From Brevinema andersonii (GTDB taxonomy: Bacteria; Spirochaetota; DYKD01): a stretch of DNA of 64,000 bases. Positions 28,601 through 37,220 of the stretch are shown here, in pieces. The notes under the pieces were generated by a model that made no database searches, was not told where the DNA came from, and saw nothing but the letters and a program-made list of their open reading frames with translations. Positions within the stretch are counted from its first letter, which is position 1. Each line of letters opens with the position of its first letter. The position numbers were made by a program, and so were the translations under genes. The DNA lies in contig DYKD01000008.1 in assembly GCA_020722765.1 (NCBI GenBank), positions 1,304-65,303 of the forward strand, read 5' to 3'.

Positions 28601-30014
28601 GCGAAACTATCTTAAAATGTCAGGAAAAATCAAGGATCCAGCTAAGACTTTCCAGATTGCTAAAACTGAAGTTGACCAGGTTGGTAATGTTGTTTTCATC
28701 GATTCTGATGGGAAACGATTCCCGATCAAACATCCAGATGTAAATGTTGTTGTCCCTTCAATGGGAGACCTCTTTGCTGAAGGAACAGCAGCTGTCATAC
28801 GTGGATTGGGATGGCACGCAGAAGGCCTTCCTGTCTGTGATCGCGAAGCGCTTGACCTCGGCCGTTCAGTGACTACAGGAAAAGAATGCCTCCCTATCAT
28901 CAACATCGTCGGTGAAGTTTTAAAGCACATCAAATATAGAAAGAACAAAAATGAAAAGTTGGTAGTCATGATGGTAGGCGCTGGTGGTTGTTGCCGGGTC
29001 GGACAATACGATATCCTCATCAACACAATCGCTGAAAAACTGAAACTACGCGATGTTGCCACACTCGTCCTGACAAATGATGATGGTTATGCAGGACTGG
29101 GTCTTCCCTTCCGCCTTGGCATGGTGAAATCGCTTTACACCTTTGATACTATGGATGATATCCGATCCGCCATCAGAGGCATGGCTATTGATCCTGTAAA
29201 AGGGATGGAAGTTTGGACTCGTGAAAAAAACAATATGCTCGCTTCCCTTGCTAAAGAAAACAACAAGCCTTTCTTCAAACAGCTTGAAGAAAGCATAAAG
29301 GAACTTGCAAAGATCAGGTTAAAGAATCCTATCAGTAAAGCGAAATATATCGGACTTGTCGGAGAAATATTTGTACGTCGTGACCACTTCGCTCTTATGG
29401 GCATTCCTGAACGTTTGGCTGAAAACGGATTTGTCATGCTCGATGCGCCTGTCACAGAATGGATACGATACACTGATTTCCTCCGCGATATCAAGATGTA
29501 TGTTGCCAAGACTACAATCATGGGCAAGATTGAATCCCTTGTTTCAGATTTGGTACAGGATCATTATGAGAAAAAGATCAAAAAGATGTTTGTCAAGTCT
29601 GGACTTTATGAATTTGAGATGATTCATATCAGGAAATACATGGCACATTCAACTCATTTCTTCCCTCTCGAACTTACAGGAGAGCCCGGTCTCTCCACCG
29701 GTTCTGCCTTATACCATTATGGGAAAAAGTATTGTGGCACCATCAGCGTGGGACCTTTTGGTTGCATGAATTCACGTATGACTGAAGCTGTTGCCACACC
29801 AGAGATGACAGTTGAGGGGAAGGAACGGGCCTTGAAAAATGCAGGAGACAAATCCGACTTCAGCTACTTGAAGAAAAACATGGATATTCTCCCCTTCTTG
29901 AGTGTTGAATTGGATGGGAATCCTTTCTCACAGATAGTCATCGCCAGATTGGAAACATTCATGCTGCAGGCAGACCGCATGTATGACATGATGCAGGATC
30001 ATAAGAAGAAATAA
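25671..30014 (+). CDS. Fused CoA-substrate-specific enzyme activase (two BadF/BadG/BcrA/BcrD domains + DUF2229-like region)
   Basis: KCASGTG...CSVF; GLDVGSTTTK, EIGGQDAK, NEACSAGTGSF; CxxCP-like Fe-S ligands; GKECLP; TTG start after AGGAGG. Confidence 0.85.
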   Translation: MSNENTNPKHEEAIGICLGASTFSMVQIEKDGHDIKVKNITIDEHNGDPKGTFSKHLDQQDLNGKYIAITGRKFREITNIPSLIEPEATEIAYRHLTHGHKKHDAIVSAGGETFIVYEIDNKGKVSRISSGNKCASGTGEFFLQQIRRMNVSIGEAVELARSSKKPHELSGRCSVFCKSDCTHALNKGESIADVAAGLSQMIAKKIDELLVKIGAKKVLIVGGTAQNDVVINLVRKNFEKVDTPKEAPYFEALGAALWAMEKKQDKIPEKGDYFKELKSSFEKLKPLSEFLPMVDFKEMPFEQAQENDECIIGLDVGSTTTKIVLLRTSDEKILVAKYLRTNGNPIEASKQCYAAVIEQLGHVNVKIIGLGVTGSGRYIAGLHAETEGIINEIIAHAKAAAHFDNGVDTIFEIGGQDAKYTHLTNGVASDYAMNEACSAGTGSFLEESAFETLNVKMEDIAPIALKADSPPNFSDQCAAFISSDINTALQEGISKENIIAGLVYSICINYVNRVKGSRQTGHKIFMQGGVCYNKAVPVAMAALTGKTIIVPPHPGLMGSYGVALEVKDMIELGFLHKKGFNLKDLAHRDVTYGKPFICQGAAEHCDRKCEIAMININNKKFPFGGACNKYYNEIHKVKYDITQLNHIETRQKLLYNTFVTPSPDIKPDAKVVGINRSFHTNTLYPMYFNFFNALGLKVILPDSVQHEGVDKGMTSFCLAGQIALGMFDDLLRKNPDYVFVPHIKEMHVSEQKEYRIEYQTTCMFVQGEPWYLRATFLRDKENPPKLIAPVLNFMAGFDKEEKQFIKIAEDLGFSAAEGEKAHKIAFQKQQEFFKAMKEEGSRILKKLEEDPEKRAIVLFGHPYSAFADEANKGVPFKFASRGIEIIPFDFLMYEDEENYKNTYWEMGQRIIKAARIVKRHPQLFGCYLTNFLCAIDSFMVPHFRDLMGTKPSLTIEVDSHTADAGVNTRIEAFMDVVRNYLKMSGKIKDPAKTFQIAKTEVDQVGNVVFIDSDGKRFPIKHPDVNVVVPSMGDLFAEGTAAVIRGLGWHAEGLPVCDREALDLGRSVTTGKECLPIINIVGEVLKHIKYRKNKNEKLVVMMVGAGGCCRVGQYDILINTIAEKLKLRDVATLVLTNDDGYAGLGLPFRLGMVKSLYTFDTMDDIRSAIRGMAIDPVKGMEVWTREKNNMLASLAKENNKPFFKQLEESIKELAKIRLKNPISKAKYIGLVGEIFVRRDHFALMGIPERLAENGFVMLDAPVTEWIRYTDFLRDIKMYVAKTTIMGKIESLVSDLVQDHYEKKIKKMFVKSGLYEFEMIHIRKYMAHSTHFFPLELTGEPGLSTGSALYHYGKKYCGTISVGPFGCMNSRMTEAVATPEMTVEGKERALKNAGDKSDFSYLKKNMDILPFLSVELDGNPFSQIVIARLETFMLQADRMYDMMQDHKKK

Positions 30015-30171
30015 GACTATGTCACTGAAACAACCGTCCAGCCCTGAATAGCAGATTTATAAGTTAAACAAATTATTGATACTTCCCAATTTGTTTGATA
30101 GATTATAAATCAAGAACCACAAAGCAAGCTATGAGAAATGACCAAGTTAAAACAATCTTTGAGGAAAGTTT

Positions 30172-31719
30172 ATGGAAACTGAAATTCTTGTCATTGGCAG
30201 TGGCATCGCCGGTCTCACGTCCGCTGTCATGGCTGCTTCCCACGGTTTTAACGTAACTCTTGTCACAAAAAACATGGATCCGCTTGAAAGCAACACATAC
30301 TACGCACAAGGCGGAATTGTTTACAACAAGAATGAAGACTCTCCCACAACTCTTGTCACTGATATCATAAAAGCCGGAGATGGTCTTGTCAGCAGACCAA
30401 TCGCTGAAATCGTAGCAAAACAAGGTTATAAGATCGTTGACGACCTTCTCATCAGAAAAGCGAAAGTCCCTTTCAACAAGGAAAACAGCCATTTCCTTCT
30501 TACAAAAGAAGCCGCACACTCGCGTCGTAGGATCCTTTTTGCTGACGACGCCACAGGAAAATCAATCATTGAAAGCCTCTATAAATATGCATCTGCAAAC
30601 AAACGGATAAAAATCATTCCCAACAGTATTGCTATTGACATCCTCACTCTTGACCATCATACAGACGACATTAAGGCAGTCTATGAAAAACCAGAAGCCA
30701 TAGGGGCATACATCTATAATGAGAAATCCAGAAAAATAGAGAAAGTCATAGCCAAAGCGACGATCCTTGCCACGGGTGGAATCGGACGGATCTATAAGCA
30801 TTCATCAAATCCAGACATTGCCACAGGTGATGGAATCGCCATGGCAGCAAGAGCTGGCGCAAAAATCATAAATATGGAATACACCCAGTTCCATCCCACA
30901 ACACTCTACTCCCACCTCAACAAGAATTTTCTGCTTTCTGAATCCTTACGTGGTGAAGGAGGCATCCTCATTAACCAGGCAGGAAAGGAATTCATCAAAC
31001 ATCCCAAAGGTTCACTCGCACCCCGCGACGTAGTTTCACGCGCCATCAATGAAGAAATGATAGCTACACACAAGGATTTTGTCTATTTAGACCTGTCTCA
31101 CATCACAAAAGTGAACATCAAAGAACGCTTCCCTACCATATATAAGGAATGTCTCAAGCATAATATCGATATTACCAAAGACTTCATTCCTGTCGTTCCT
31201 GCATTCCATTTTTCCTGTGGCGGAATACGTGTCAATGAATGGGGGAAAACCAGTATTGGAAACCTCTTCGCTGCAGGAGAGTGTGCATGCACAGGACTTC
31301 ATGGTGCCAACAGGCTAGCGAGCACATCATTGTTAGAAGGCGCCACGTTCGGTACCCGCATTGCCCAATACATTGCAAACAACAGAAAGATTTACATGGG
31401 CAAAAAAATCCCCCCAGTACGCGACTGGGTCGCTAAACGTCTCAACACAAGCTCAGATCCTGTACTCATCAGGCAAGACTGGGAAACACTCCGTAACACT
31501 ATGTGGAACTATGTTGGAATTTCAAGATCAACACACAGGCTCAACCGCGCTATCCGTGATCTCAACAACCTTCATCTTGCCATTGAAGACTTCTACAGAA
31601 ACACGGTTGTCACAAAAGCCATTATAGAACTCAGAAACGCTGTCCAGACCGGTCTTATCATAACACATTCAGCCTGGCAAAACAAAGAATCACGTGGTTG
31701 TCATTACAGAGTAGATTAA
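30172..31719 (+). CDS. nadB: L-aspartate oxidase
   Basis: GSGIAG, SNTYYAQGGI, EAAHSRRRI, QFHPT, GLHGANRLASTSLLEG, ESRGCHYR. Confidence 0.94.
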   Translation: METEILVIGSGIAGLTSAVMAASHGFNVTLVTKNMDPLESNTYYAQGGIVYNKNEDSPTTLVTDIIKAGDGLVSRPIAEIVAKQGYKIVDDLLIRKAKVPFNKENSHFLLTKEAAHSRRRILFADDATGKSIIESLYKYASANKRIKIIPNSIAIDILTLDHHTDDIKAVYEKPEAIGAYIYNEKSRKIEKVIAKATILATGGIGRIYKHSSNPDIATGDGIAMAARAGAKIINMEYTQFHPTTLYSHLNKNFLLSESLRGEGGILINQAGKEFIKHPKGSLAPRDVVSRAINEEMIATHKDFVYLDLSHITKVNIKERFPTIYKECLKHNIDITKDFIPVVPAFHFSCGGIRVNEWGKTSIGNLFAAGECACTGLHGANRLASTSLLEGATFGTRIAQYIANNRKIYMGKKIPPVRDWVAKRLNTSSDPVLIRQDWETLRNTMWNYVGISRSTHRLNRAIRDLNNLHLAIEDFYRNTVVTKAIIELRNAVQTGLIITHSAWQNKESRGCHYRVD

Positions 31720-31721
31720 GA

Positions 31722-32099
31722 ATGTCTGACAAGGATCTTTTTCTCCAATATATTGAAAAAGGCTTCATTACTGACAAAGACAAAAAACAGACTCCCTCTC
31801 ATTCAAAAACCGTCCAGCAAACCAAAGGAAGATATGACAAGATTGTAGACTTGCATGGATTGAAACAGGTTGACGCAAAAAATATCCTTATTTTCGAGAT
31901 CGCTTTTGGGAAAAAATCAGGCATGAAAAAAATACTCATCATACATGGCCGAGGAAACAATTCCAAACAAGACAACAAAGCCGTACTGAAAACAATGACA
32001 CTTTGCTATCTTTCAGAAATGGTAGGGAAAATGATACAAGGATACAATCCTGCTCCTTCTTCTGACGGTGGTGATGGTGCAACCGTAGTCAGGTTTTAA
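31722..32099 (+). CDS. Small Smr/MutS2 C-terminal domain protein
   Basis: VDLHG, IIHGRG, DGGDGATVV. Confidence 0.85.
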   Translation: MSDKDLFLQYIEKGFITDKDKKQTPSHSKTVQQTKGRYDKIVDLHGLKQVDAKNILIFEIAFGKKSGMKKILIIHGRGNNSKQDNKAVLKTMTLCYLSEMVGKMIQGYNPAPSSDGGDGATVVRF

Positions 32100-32205
32100 G
32101 CCACGGATCAAGCCAAATGCCCTATAAATCTTTTCCTGATTTGCCTTTTGTCCAAATCAATAATATATTGGGAAGGATTGAAACGTAAACATTTTGGAGG
32201 ATTAC

Positions 32206-32445
32206 ATGATTGACAAGGAAAAAGTAAAGGATGCATTGGAACATATTCGTCCTATGCTACAGCAGGATGGTGGCGATGTTCAACTTATAGATGTCAAAGA
32301 AGATGGCACTGTTGTTGTTGAACTGCAAGGTCATTGTGGTGGATGCCCCATGTCCCAGATAACACTCAGCCAGGGTGTTGAGCGCATGTTGAAAGAACAG
32401 ATTCCTGAAGTGACCCGTGTTATTCGGTCACAAGAAATGGTGTAA
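32206..32445 (+). CDS. NifU/Nfu-type Fe-S carrier
   Basis: IRPMLQQDGGDV...LQGHCGGCPMSQITL..GVE. Confidence 0.92.
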   Translation: MIDKEKVKDALEHIRPMLQQDGGDVQLIDVKEDGTVVVELQGHCGGCPMSQITLSQGVERMLKEQIPEVTRVIRSQEMV

Positions 32446-32500
32446 GAAGATGTTACGGACTCCAAGCAATACGGGTTGAAAAACAGACAAGGAAACCGAT

Positions 32501-32806
32501 ATGGAAGATAATCCGATAAAAGATTTACAGGCATGGTATTCCAACCAATGCAACGGTTCATGGGAAAGCCTATATGGAATTACCCTTGAAACAACAGATA
32601 TTCCAGGATGGCGGATTGCCATTGACTTGGATGAAACCCTTGTTGCAGACAAGGACATGCCAGAAATTATTGAAGGGCAGGAAGGTGATGCAAATTACAT
32701 GTACTGCAGGAAGACTAATTCCCAGTTCCTTGCCACTTGCGCTCCCGGGCAGCTCAATAAAGTGATTACTTTTTTCCTGGAGTGGGCGACTATAAAAACA
32801 AAATAA
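32501..32806 (+). CDS. Immunity protein Imm53 family
   Basis: LQAWYSNQCNGSWE..YGITLET.D.PGWRIAIDL. Confidence 0.7.
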   Translation: MEDNPIKDLQAWYSNQCNGSWESLYGITLETTDIPGWRIAIDLDETLVADKDMPEIIEGQEGDANYMYCRKTNSQFLATCAPGQLNKVITFFLEWATIKTK

Positions 32807-32815
32807 TCAAAAATC

Positions 32816-33859
32816 CTATGACTGCCTGTTTCTTCTCAGAGGTTTGAATCCTGGCGCCGTATATCTCCTGCTTTTTACCGTCCATGTCCAAGTTGATAAT
32901 TTCCTGACAAAAGGAATCTGGTGCAGCAGAAATAAAAACCTGTTAAAAAGAGTGCCTTCCAGAACTACAAGCGCAACAACACCTGAAAAAAAACATAGTA
33001 GATTAATAATCCAAGACCACGATGCTGTTACAAAACCAAGTCCTGATACACCATGCAAGAAAAACTTGACCAGAAACAGGACTCCAACAACCTGGAAAGT
33101 ACCGTGAAAAGCCAAAAGAAGCCAGGAAACCTGTATGGCTTTTTGCGGGCAGATATTGATGCATCTGTTACAATCTTCGCAGTTCCACCCCCAGTAAAGT
33201 TTCTTTGAAAAAAGCTTCATATACCTGATGTTTTCTGTAGGACATGTAGAGACACATAATCCACACTCATTGCATTTCGTATCAGCAATATAACACATCC
33301 CCATCATGAACCTTCCAATGCGAGAAAAAAGAAAATTCACTATGAATGAAATGGCTCCCTGAAAATTCGCTATTTTCTCCTTTTTCACCTTTCCTTCCAT
33401 AATATCATTGACTATGGCAGGAACAGTCTTCTCGGCTTCAGTAAGAACTACCAGAGCCTTAGCCTTTGGCATAGGCTCGACCATCTGAGTCCAATTGTCA
33501 GGACATGCTACCAACGAATTCCAGACAACATCAAAACCTTTCTTTCTCAGCATCCATTCGATCTGGACATGGGCAAAACCTGCATATCCACCCGCCGTAA
33601 AAACAACAGCTGCTTTAACACCCTTCACTTTTTCCATCTTTAGGACATACTGCAGGACATAATGAGGAGTAGAAAATCCAAGCACAGGAAAAACAAAGAG
33701 ATGCAGGTCAGACTTGGAAGACGCTTCTCCTGTTCCCATTTCCATATTACTGATAATCACCTCTGAGCCACATTTCCTAAAATTTTCTGCAAGAGAAAAG
33801 GCTATTTTCTGGCTGTTGCCTGTACCTGAAAAATAATGGACATGGATGTTCTTATACAT
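32816..33859 (-). CDS. EFR1-family flavodoxin-ferredoxin with C-terminal membrane segments
   Basis: YFSGTGNS; two CxxCxxCxxxCP motifs; hydrophobic C-terminus. Confidence 0.85.
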   Translation of the reverse strand: MYKNIHVHYFSGTGNSQKIAFSLAENFRKCGSEVIISNMEMGTGEASSKSDLHLFVFPVLGFSTPHYVLQYVLKMEKVKGVKAAVVFTAGGYAGFAHVQIEWMLRKKGFDVVWNSLVACPDNWTQMVEPMPKAKALVVLTEAEKTVPAIVNDIMEGKVKKEKIANFQGAISFIVNFLFSRIGRFMMGMCYIADTKCNECGLCVSTCPTENIRYMKLFSKKLYWGWNCEDCNRCINICPQKAIQVSWLLLAFHGTFQVVGVLFLVKFFLHGVSGLGFVTASWSWIINLLCFFSGVVALVVLEGTLFNRFLFLLHQIPFVRKLSTWTWTVKSRRYTAPGFKPLRRNRQS

Positions 33860-33951
33860 CAAAATGCTCCTTGTTTTCCTTAAGCTTTCAATCCCTTACA
33901 TTCTAAAAAAAAATCAGTTCCATATATCCTGTGTTTATCAACCCTTCAACT

Positions 33952-34647
33952 TTAAAAAAAACCACGCCATGAACCCCGCAAGGTTTCCTTCAACAGGCTC
34001 TTGTCTAACTTAGAAAGATACTCCTCTCTTGGAATCAACTTTGCACCCAAAACCTTGAGATGACCTGTTTCCACCTGGCTGTCTATCAAGTCAAATCCTC
34101 TGGACAAAAGAAATGAAACCAGCCTGACAAGCGCAATTTTTGAAGCGTTGGGAACAGTTGTAAACATCGATTCCCCAAAAAACATTCCTCCCAAGGAAAC
34201 TCCATAAAGCCCCCCCACAAGGTTTCCATGCTTCCAAACTTCGATGGAATGTGCAAATCCCAGTTTATGCAGTTCGATGTAAGCATTTTGCATGTCACAA
34301 GTAATCCAAGTCGTGTCAACATGTTTTCCTTGAACCATCCTTTCGGCAGCACATCCAGTGATGATAGCTTCAAAAGAAGTATCTGCTGTCACAGTAAAAT
34401 CATCTTTATTGATGATACGTTTCAAACTTTTCGGACAATGGAATTCCTGGGGAACAAGAACAAATCTCGGGTCTGGAGACCACCAGATAATGGGATCATC
34501 CTCATTGAACCACGGGAAAATCCCTGAGGAATAGGCTTCAATAAGCCTTTGAGGGGAAAGGTCTCCCCCTACAGCAATGACACCAGACTTATCTGCATCC
34601 CTAGGATCAGGAAAATACGGTTCTAAAGGCAATTGATAGACAGTCAT
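33952..34647 (-). CDS. aat: Leucyl/phenylalanyl-tRNA--protein transferase
   Basis: GGDLSPQRLIEAYSSGIFPW, WWSPDPR, AHSIEVW, FFGESMF. Confidence 0.95.
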   Translation of the reverse strand: MTVYQLPLEPYFPDPRDADKSGVIAVGGDLSPQRLIEAYSSGIFPWFNEDDPIIWWSPDPRFVLVPQEFHCPKSLKRIINKDDFTVTADTSFEAIITGCAAERMVQGKHVDTTWITCDMQNAYIELHKLGFAHSIEVWKHGNLVGGLYGVSLGGMFFGESMFTTVPNASKIALVRLVSFLLSRGFDLIDSQVETGHLKVLGAKLIPREEYLSKLDKSLLKETLRGSWRGFF

Positions 34648-34753
34648 TCCATAAAGTTAACAAAAAGAAGGGTTCTGCCAATAAAAAGATTTATTTTAAG
34701 CAGAATATTTTTTAAAAATATTTAAAAAAACTTGAAAATTTAAAATAAAGTGC

Positions 34754-34781
34754 TAAATTATCCTCATAGAGTTGACGATAA
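34754..34781 (+). promoter_or_regulatory. Putative sigma28 promoter of the first flaB
   Basis: TAAA-N16-GACGATAA. Confidence 0.45.
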
Positions 34782-34817
34782 CTCTGCTTTTTGATTTGAA
34801 TGGGTATAAGGTTAAAT

Positions 34818-34837
34818 TCACTACAAGGAGGTGGTGA
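34818..34837 (+). promoter_or_regulatory. CsrA-type hairpin in the flaB leader
   Basis: TCACTAC-AAGGAG-GTGGTGA: 7-bp stem with GGA in a hexaloop. Confidence 0.55.
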
Positions 34838-34948
34838 TTCTTCAGGTTCTATCCATTTAGCATTTGCCCTGCTAGATGGCAAAGAGATGGGTAATAAGGT
34901 TCGATTTAAGGTATTAAGGTTAAAAACCATTTTTTCATGGAGGAAGAA

Positions 34949-35806
34949 ATGATTATTAACCACAATTTAAGTGCGATCAACGCAAGTCGAACTCTCAAGT
35001 TCACAGCTTGGGATCTCAACAAGAACCTCGAAAAATTATCCTCAGGGATGAGGATCAATCGAGCAAGTGACGATGCTTCAGGTCTGGCTGTTTCCGAAAA
35101 AATGAGGTCACAGATCAGAGGCCTCAGGCAAGCTGAAAGAAATGCTGAAGATGGCATTTCCTTCATTCAAACCACTGAAGGTTACCTTCAAGAAACGACA
35201 GATGTCCTTCAGCGAATCCGAGAACTTTCAATCCAGGCTGCCAATGGTGTTTATACTACTGAAGACAGAATGCAAATCCAAGCGGAAGTTTCCCAGTTAT
35301 CTGACGAAATAGATCGCGTGGCTTCGCAGGGTCAATTCAATAAGATGAACATTTTGACAGGCAGATTTGCCAATACTAGTATAGGCGGGTTGCCTACTGC
35401 TTCCATGTGGTTCCATATCGGAGCCAATCAGGATCAGAGAGTACAAGCCTATATCGGTACGATGACCGCCTTTGGATTGGGTATGAGGACTTCGAGTGGG
35501 ACAAATTTCTCGATTTCATCGATTGATGGCGCTAATTCCATGATTACTAAAATCGATGCAGCCCTTTTGAAAGTCTCAAAGCAGAGAGCTGATTTAGGGG
35601 CGTATCAGAACAGATTGGAATTTACAGCTAAAGGATTGATGATCGGATATGAAAATCTCCAAGCCTCTGAGTCGCGTATAAGGGATTCAGACATGGCAGA
35701 AGAGATGGTCGGTTTCACGAAAAACCAGATCCTCATGCAGTCCGGGACTTCCATGCTAGCTCAAGCGAACATGCTCCCCCAGACGATTCTCAAGCTCTTA
35801 GGATAA
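34949..35806 (+). CDS. flaB: Periplasmic flagellar core flagellin FlaB
   Basis: [47 protein letters not shown]. Confidence 0.95.
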   Translation: MIINHNLSAINASRTLKFTAWDLNKNLEKLSSGMRINRASDDASGLAVSEKMRSQIRGLRQAERNAEDGISFIQTTEGYLQETTDVLQRIRELSIQAANGVYTTEDRMQIQAEVSQLSDEIDRVASQGQFNKMNILTGRFANTSIGGLPTASMWFHIGANQDQRVQAYIGTMTAFGLGMRTSSGTNFSISSIDGANSMITKIDAALLKVSKQRADLGAYQNRLEFTAKGLMIGYENLQASESRIRDSDMAEEMVGFTKNQILMQSGTSMLAQANMLPQTILKLLG

Positions 35807-35877
35807 TGCTGGGCAGACATTTTTCAAGAGAATTTAAAAAAAATTAAAATAATTATAGTCACCTAGGAGGGGAACTT

Positions 35878-36720
35878 ATGATTATTAATCACAATCTCAG
35901 CGCTATCTTCGCGCAACGCCAGCTGAAATTCAACAACTGGAATGTTGACAAGGATATGGAGAAACTATCCTCAGGGATGAGGATTAACCGCGCAGGCGAT
36001 GATGCTTCAGGTCTCGCTGTCTCCGAAAAAATGCGGTCACAGATTCGTGGCCTCAGACAGGCTGAAAGAAATGCTGAAGACGGCATTTCCTTCATTCAGA
36101 CTTCAGAAGGCTATTTGCAGGAATCGCAGGATATCCTCCAGCGTGTCCGCGAACTTGCCATCCAGGCTTCCAACGGAATCTACACTCCCGAAGACCGGGC
36201 ACAGATCCAGGTTGAAGTAGGACAGCTCGTTGAAGAAATGGCACGTGTTGCACGTGACGGCGAATTCAACAAGATGTCCATGCTAACAGGACGTTTCTCT
36301 GATGCGAACACAGGAGTTGCTGCAACAGCTTCCATGTGGTTCCACATCGGTTCGAACCAGGATCAGCGTATCCGCGCTTTTATTGGAGACATGTCTCCAA
36401 AAGGTCTCGGGGTGGAAAATCTTTCCATCAGCACTCCTGAATCATCCAACACGACCCTTGGTCTTGTTGACAATGCACTTCAGAAAATTTCCAAACAGCG
36501 CGCAGACCTTGGTGCTTATCAGAATCGCCTTGAATTCACAGCCAAAGGACTTATGACTGCTTATGAAAATATGCAGGCATCAGAGTCACGCATACGTGAT
36601 ACGGACATGGCTGAGATGATGGTCGATTTCACGAAGAACCAGATTCTCCAACAGTCAGGCACAGCTATGTTGGCACAGGCCAACCTAAAGCCACAGTCAA
36701 TTCTTGCCCTTCTGAGATAA
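35878..36720 (+). CDS. flaB: Second FlaB flagellin
   Basis: Same motifs; tandem paralogue. Confidence 0.95.
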   Translation: MIINHNLSAIFAQRQLKFNNWNVDKDMEKLSSGMRINRAGDDASGLAVSEKMRSQIRGLRQAERNAEDGISFIQTSEGYLQESQDILQRVRELAIQASNGIYTPEDRAQIQVEVGQLVEEMARVARDGEFNKMSMLTGRFSDANTGVAATASMWFHIGSNQDQRIRAFIGDMSPKGLGVENLSISTPESSNTTLGLVDNALQKISKQRADLGAYQNRLEFTAKGLMTAYENMQASESRIRDTDMAEMMVDFTKNQILQQSGTAMLAQANLKPQSILALLR

Positions 36721-36738
36721 GGTTAAAAAGAACATTAT

Positions 36739-36774
36739 ACAGGACAGGACGTAAGTTCTGTCCTGTTTTTTTTT
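36739..36774 (+). terminator. Rho-independent terminator after the flaB pair
   Basis: ACAGGACAGGAC-GTAA-GTTCTGTCCTGT followed by a T run. Confidence 0.85.
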
Positions 36775-36775
36775 C

Positions 36776-36802
36776 TTTAGGATTTCTTCCTGATTCCGAT
36801 AC
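36776..36802 (+). promoter_or_regulatory. Putative sigma28 promoter for flaG-fliD
   Basis: TTTA-N15-TCCGATAC directly after the terminator. Confidence 0.45.
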
Positions 36803-36842
36803 CATAGGAAGAGATCACTGTAATCCAAGGGGTGATTGAAGA

Positions 36843-37199
36843 ATGTTCAAACCCGTCTCTTCAGATATGCATGAATACACGGGATTCGCCATGAAAGATC
36901 CACTTGCGCAAAGCCAACGGACACGTCTGGCCATGGAACAGATCCAATCCAAACACGAATCTGTGCGTCAGGGCATAGACAAGAATTTGGACCAGGCACT
37001 ACGCAAGATTCAACATACGGCGGACATCTTCAACACCAAACTCAGCTTCAGCGTCCATCAAAACACCCATAGGATCGTGGTCCGTATTATTAATAGCGAA
37101 ACGAACCAGGTTATCAAGCAGATTCCCTCACAGGAAATCATCGATGTCACCGATCAAATCCAGAAAATTTTAGGAATGTTCGTTGACAGAACCAGCTGA
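36843..37199 (+). CDS. flaG: Flagellar protein FlaG
   Basis: LSFSVH..T.RIVVRII..ETNQVIKQIP.QE...GMFVD. Confidence 0.88.
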   Translation: MFKPVSSDMHEYTGFAMKDPLAQSQRTRLAMEQIQSKHESVRQGIDKNLDQALRKIQHTADIFNTKLSFSVHQNTHRIVVRIINSETNQVIKQIPSQEIIDVTDQIQKILGMFVDRTS

Positions 37200-37220
37200 T
37201 AACCTCGTCTAGAGGAAACC

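Noticed and set aside
34748-34756. AAGTGCTAA resembling a CIRCE half-site
   Set aside because: The other half is absent and the context is a flagellin promoter.
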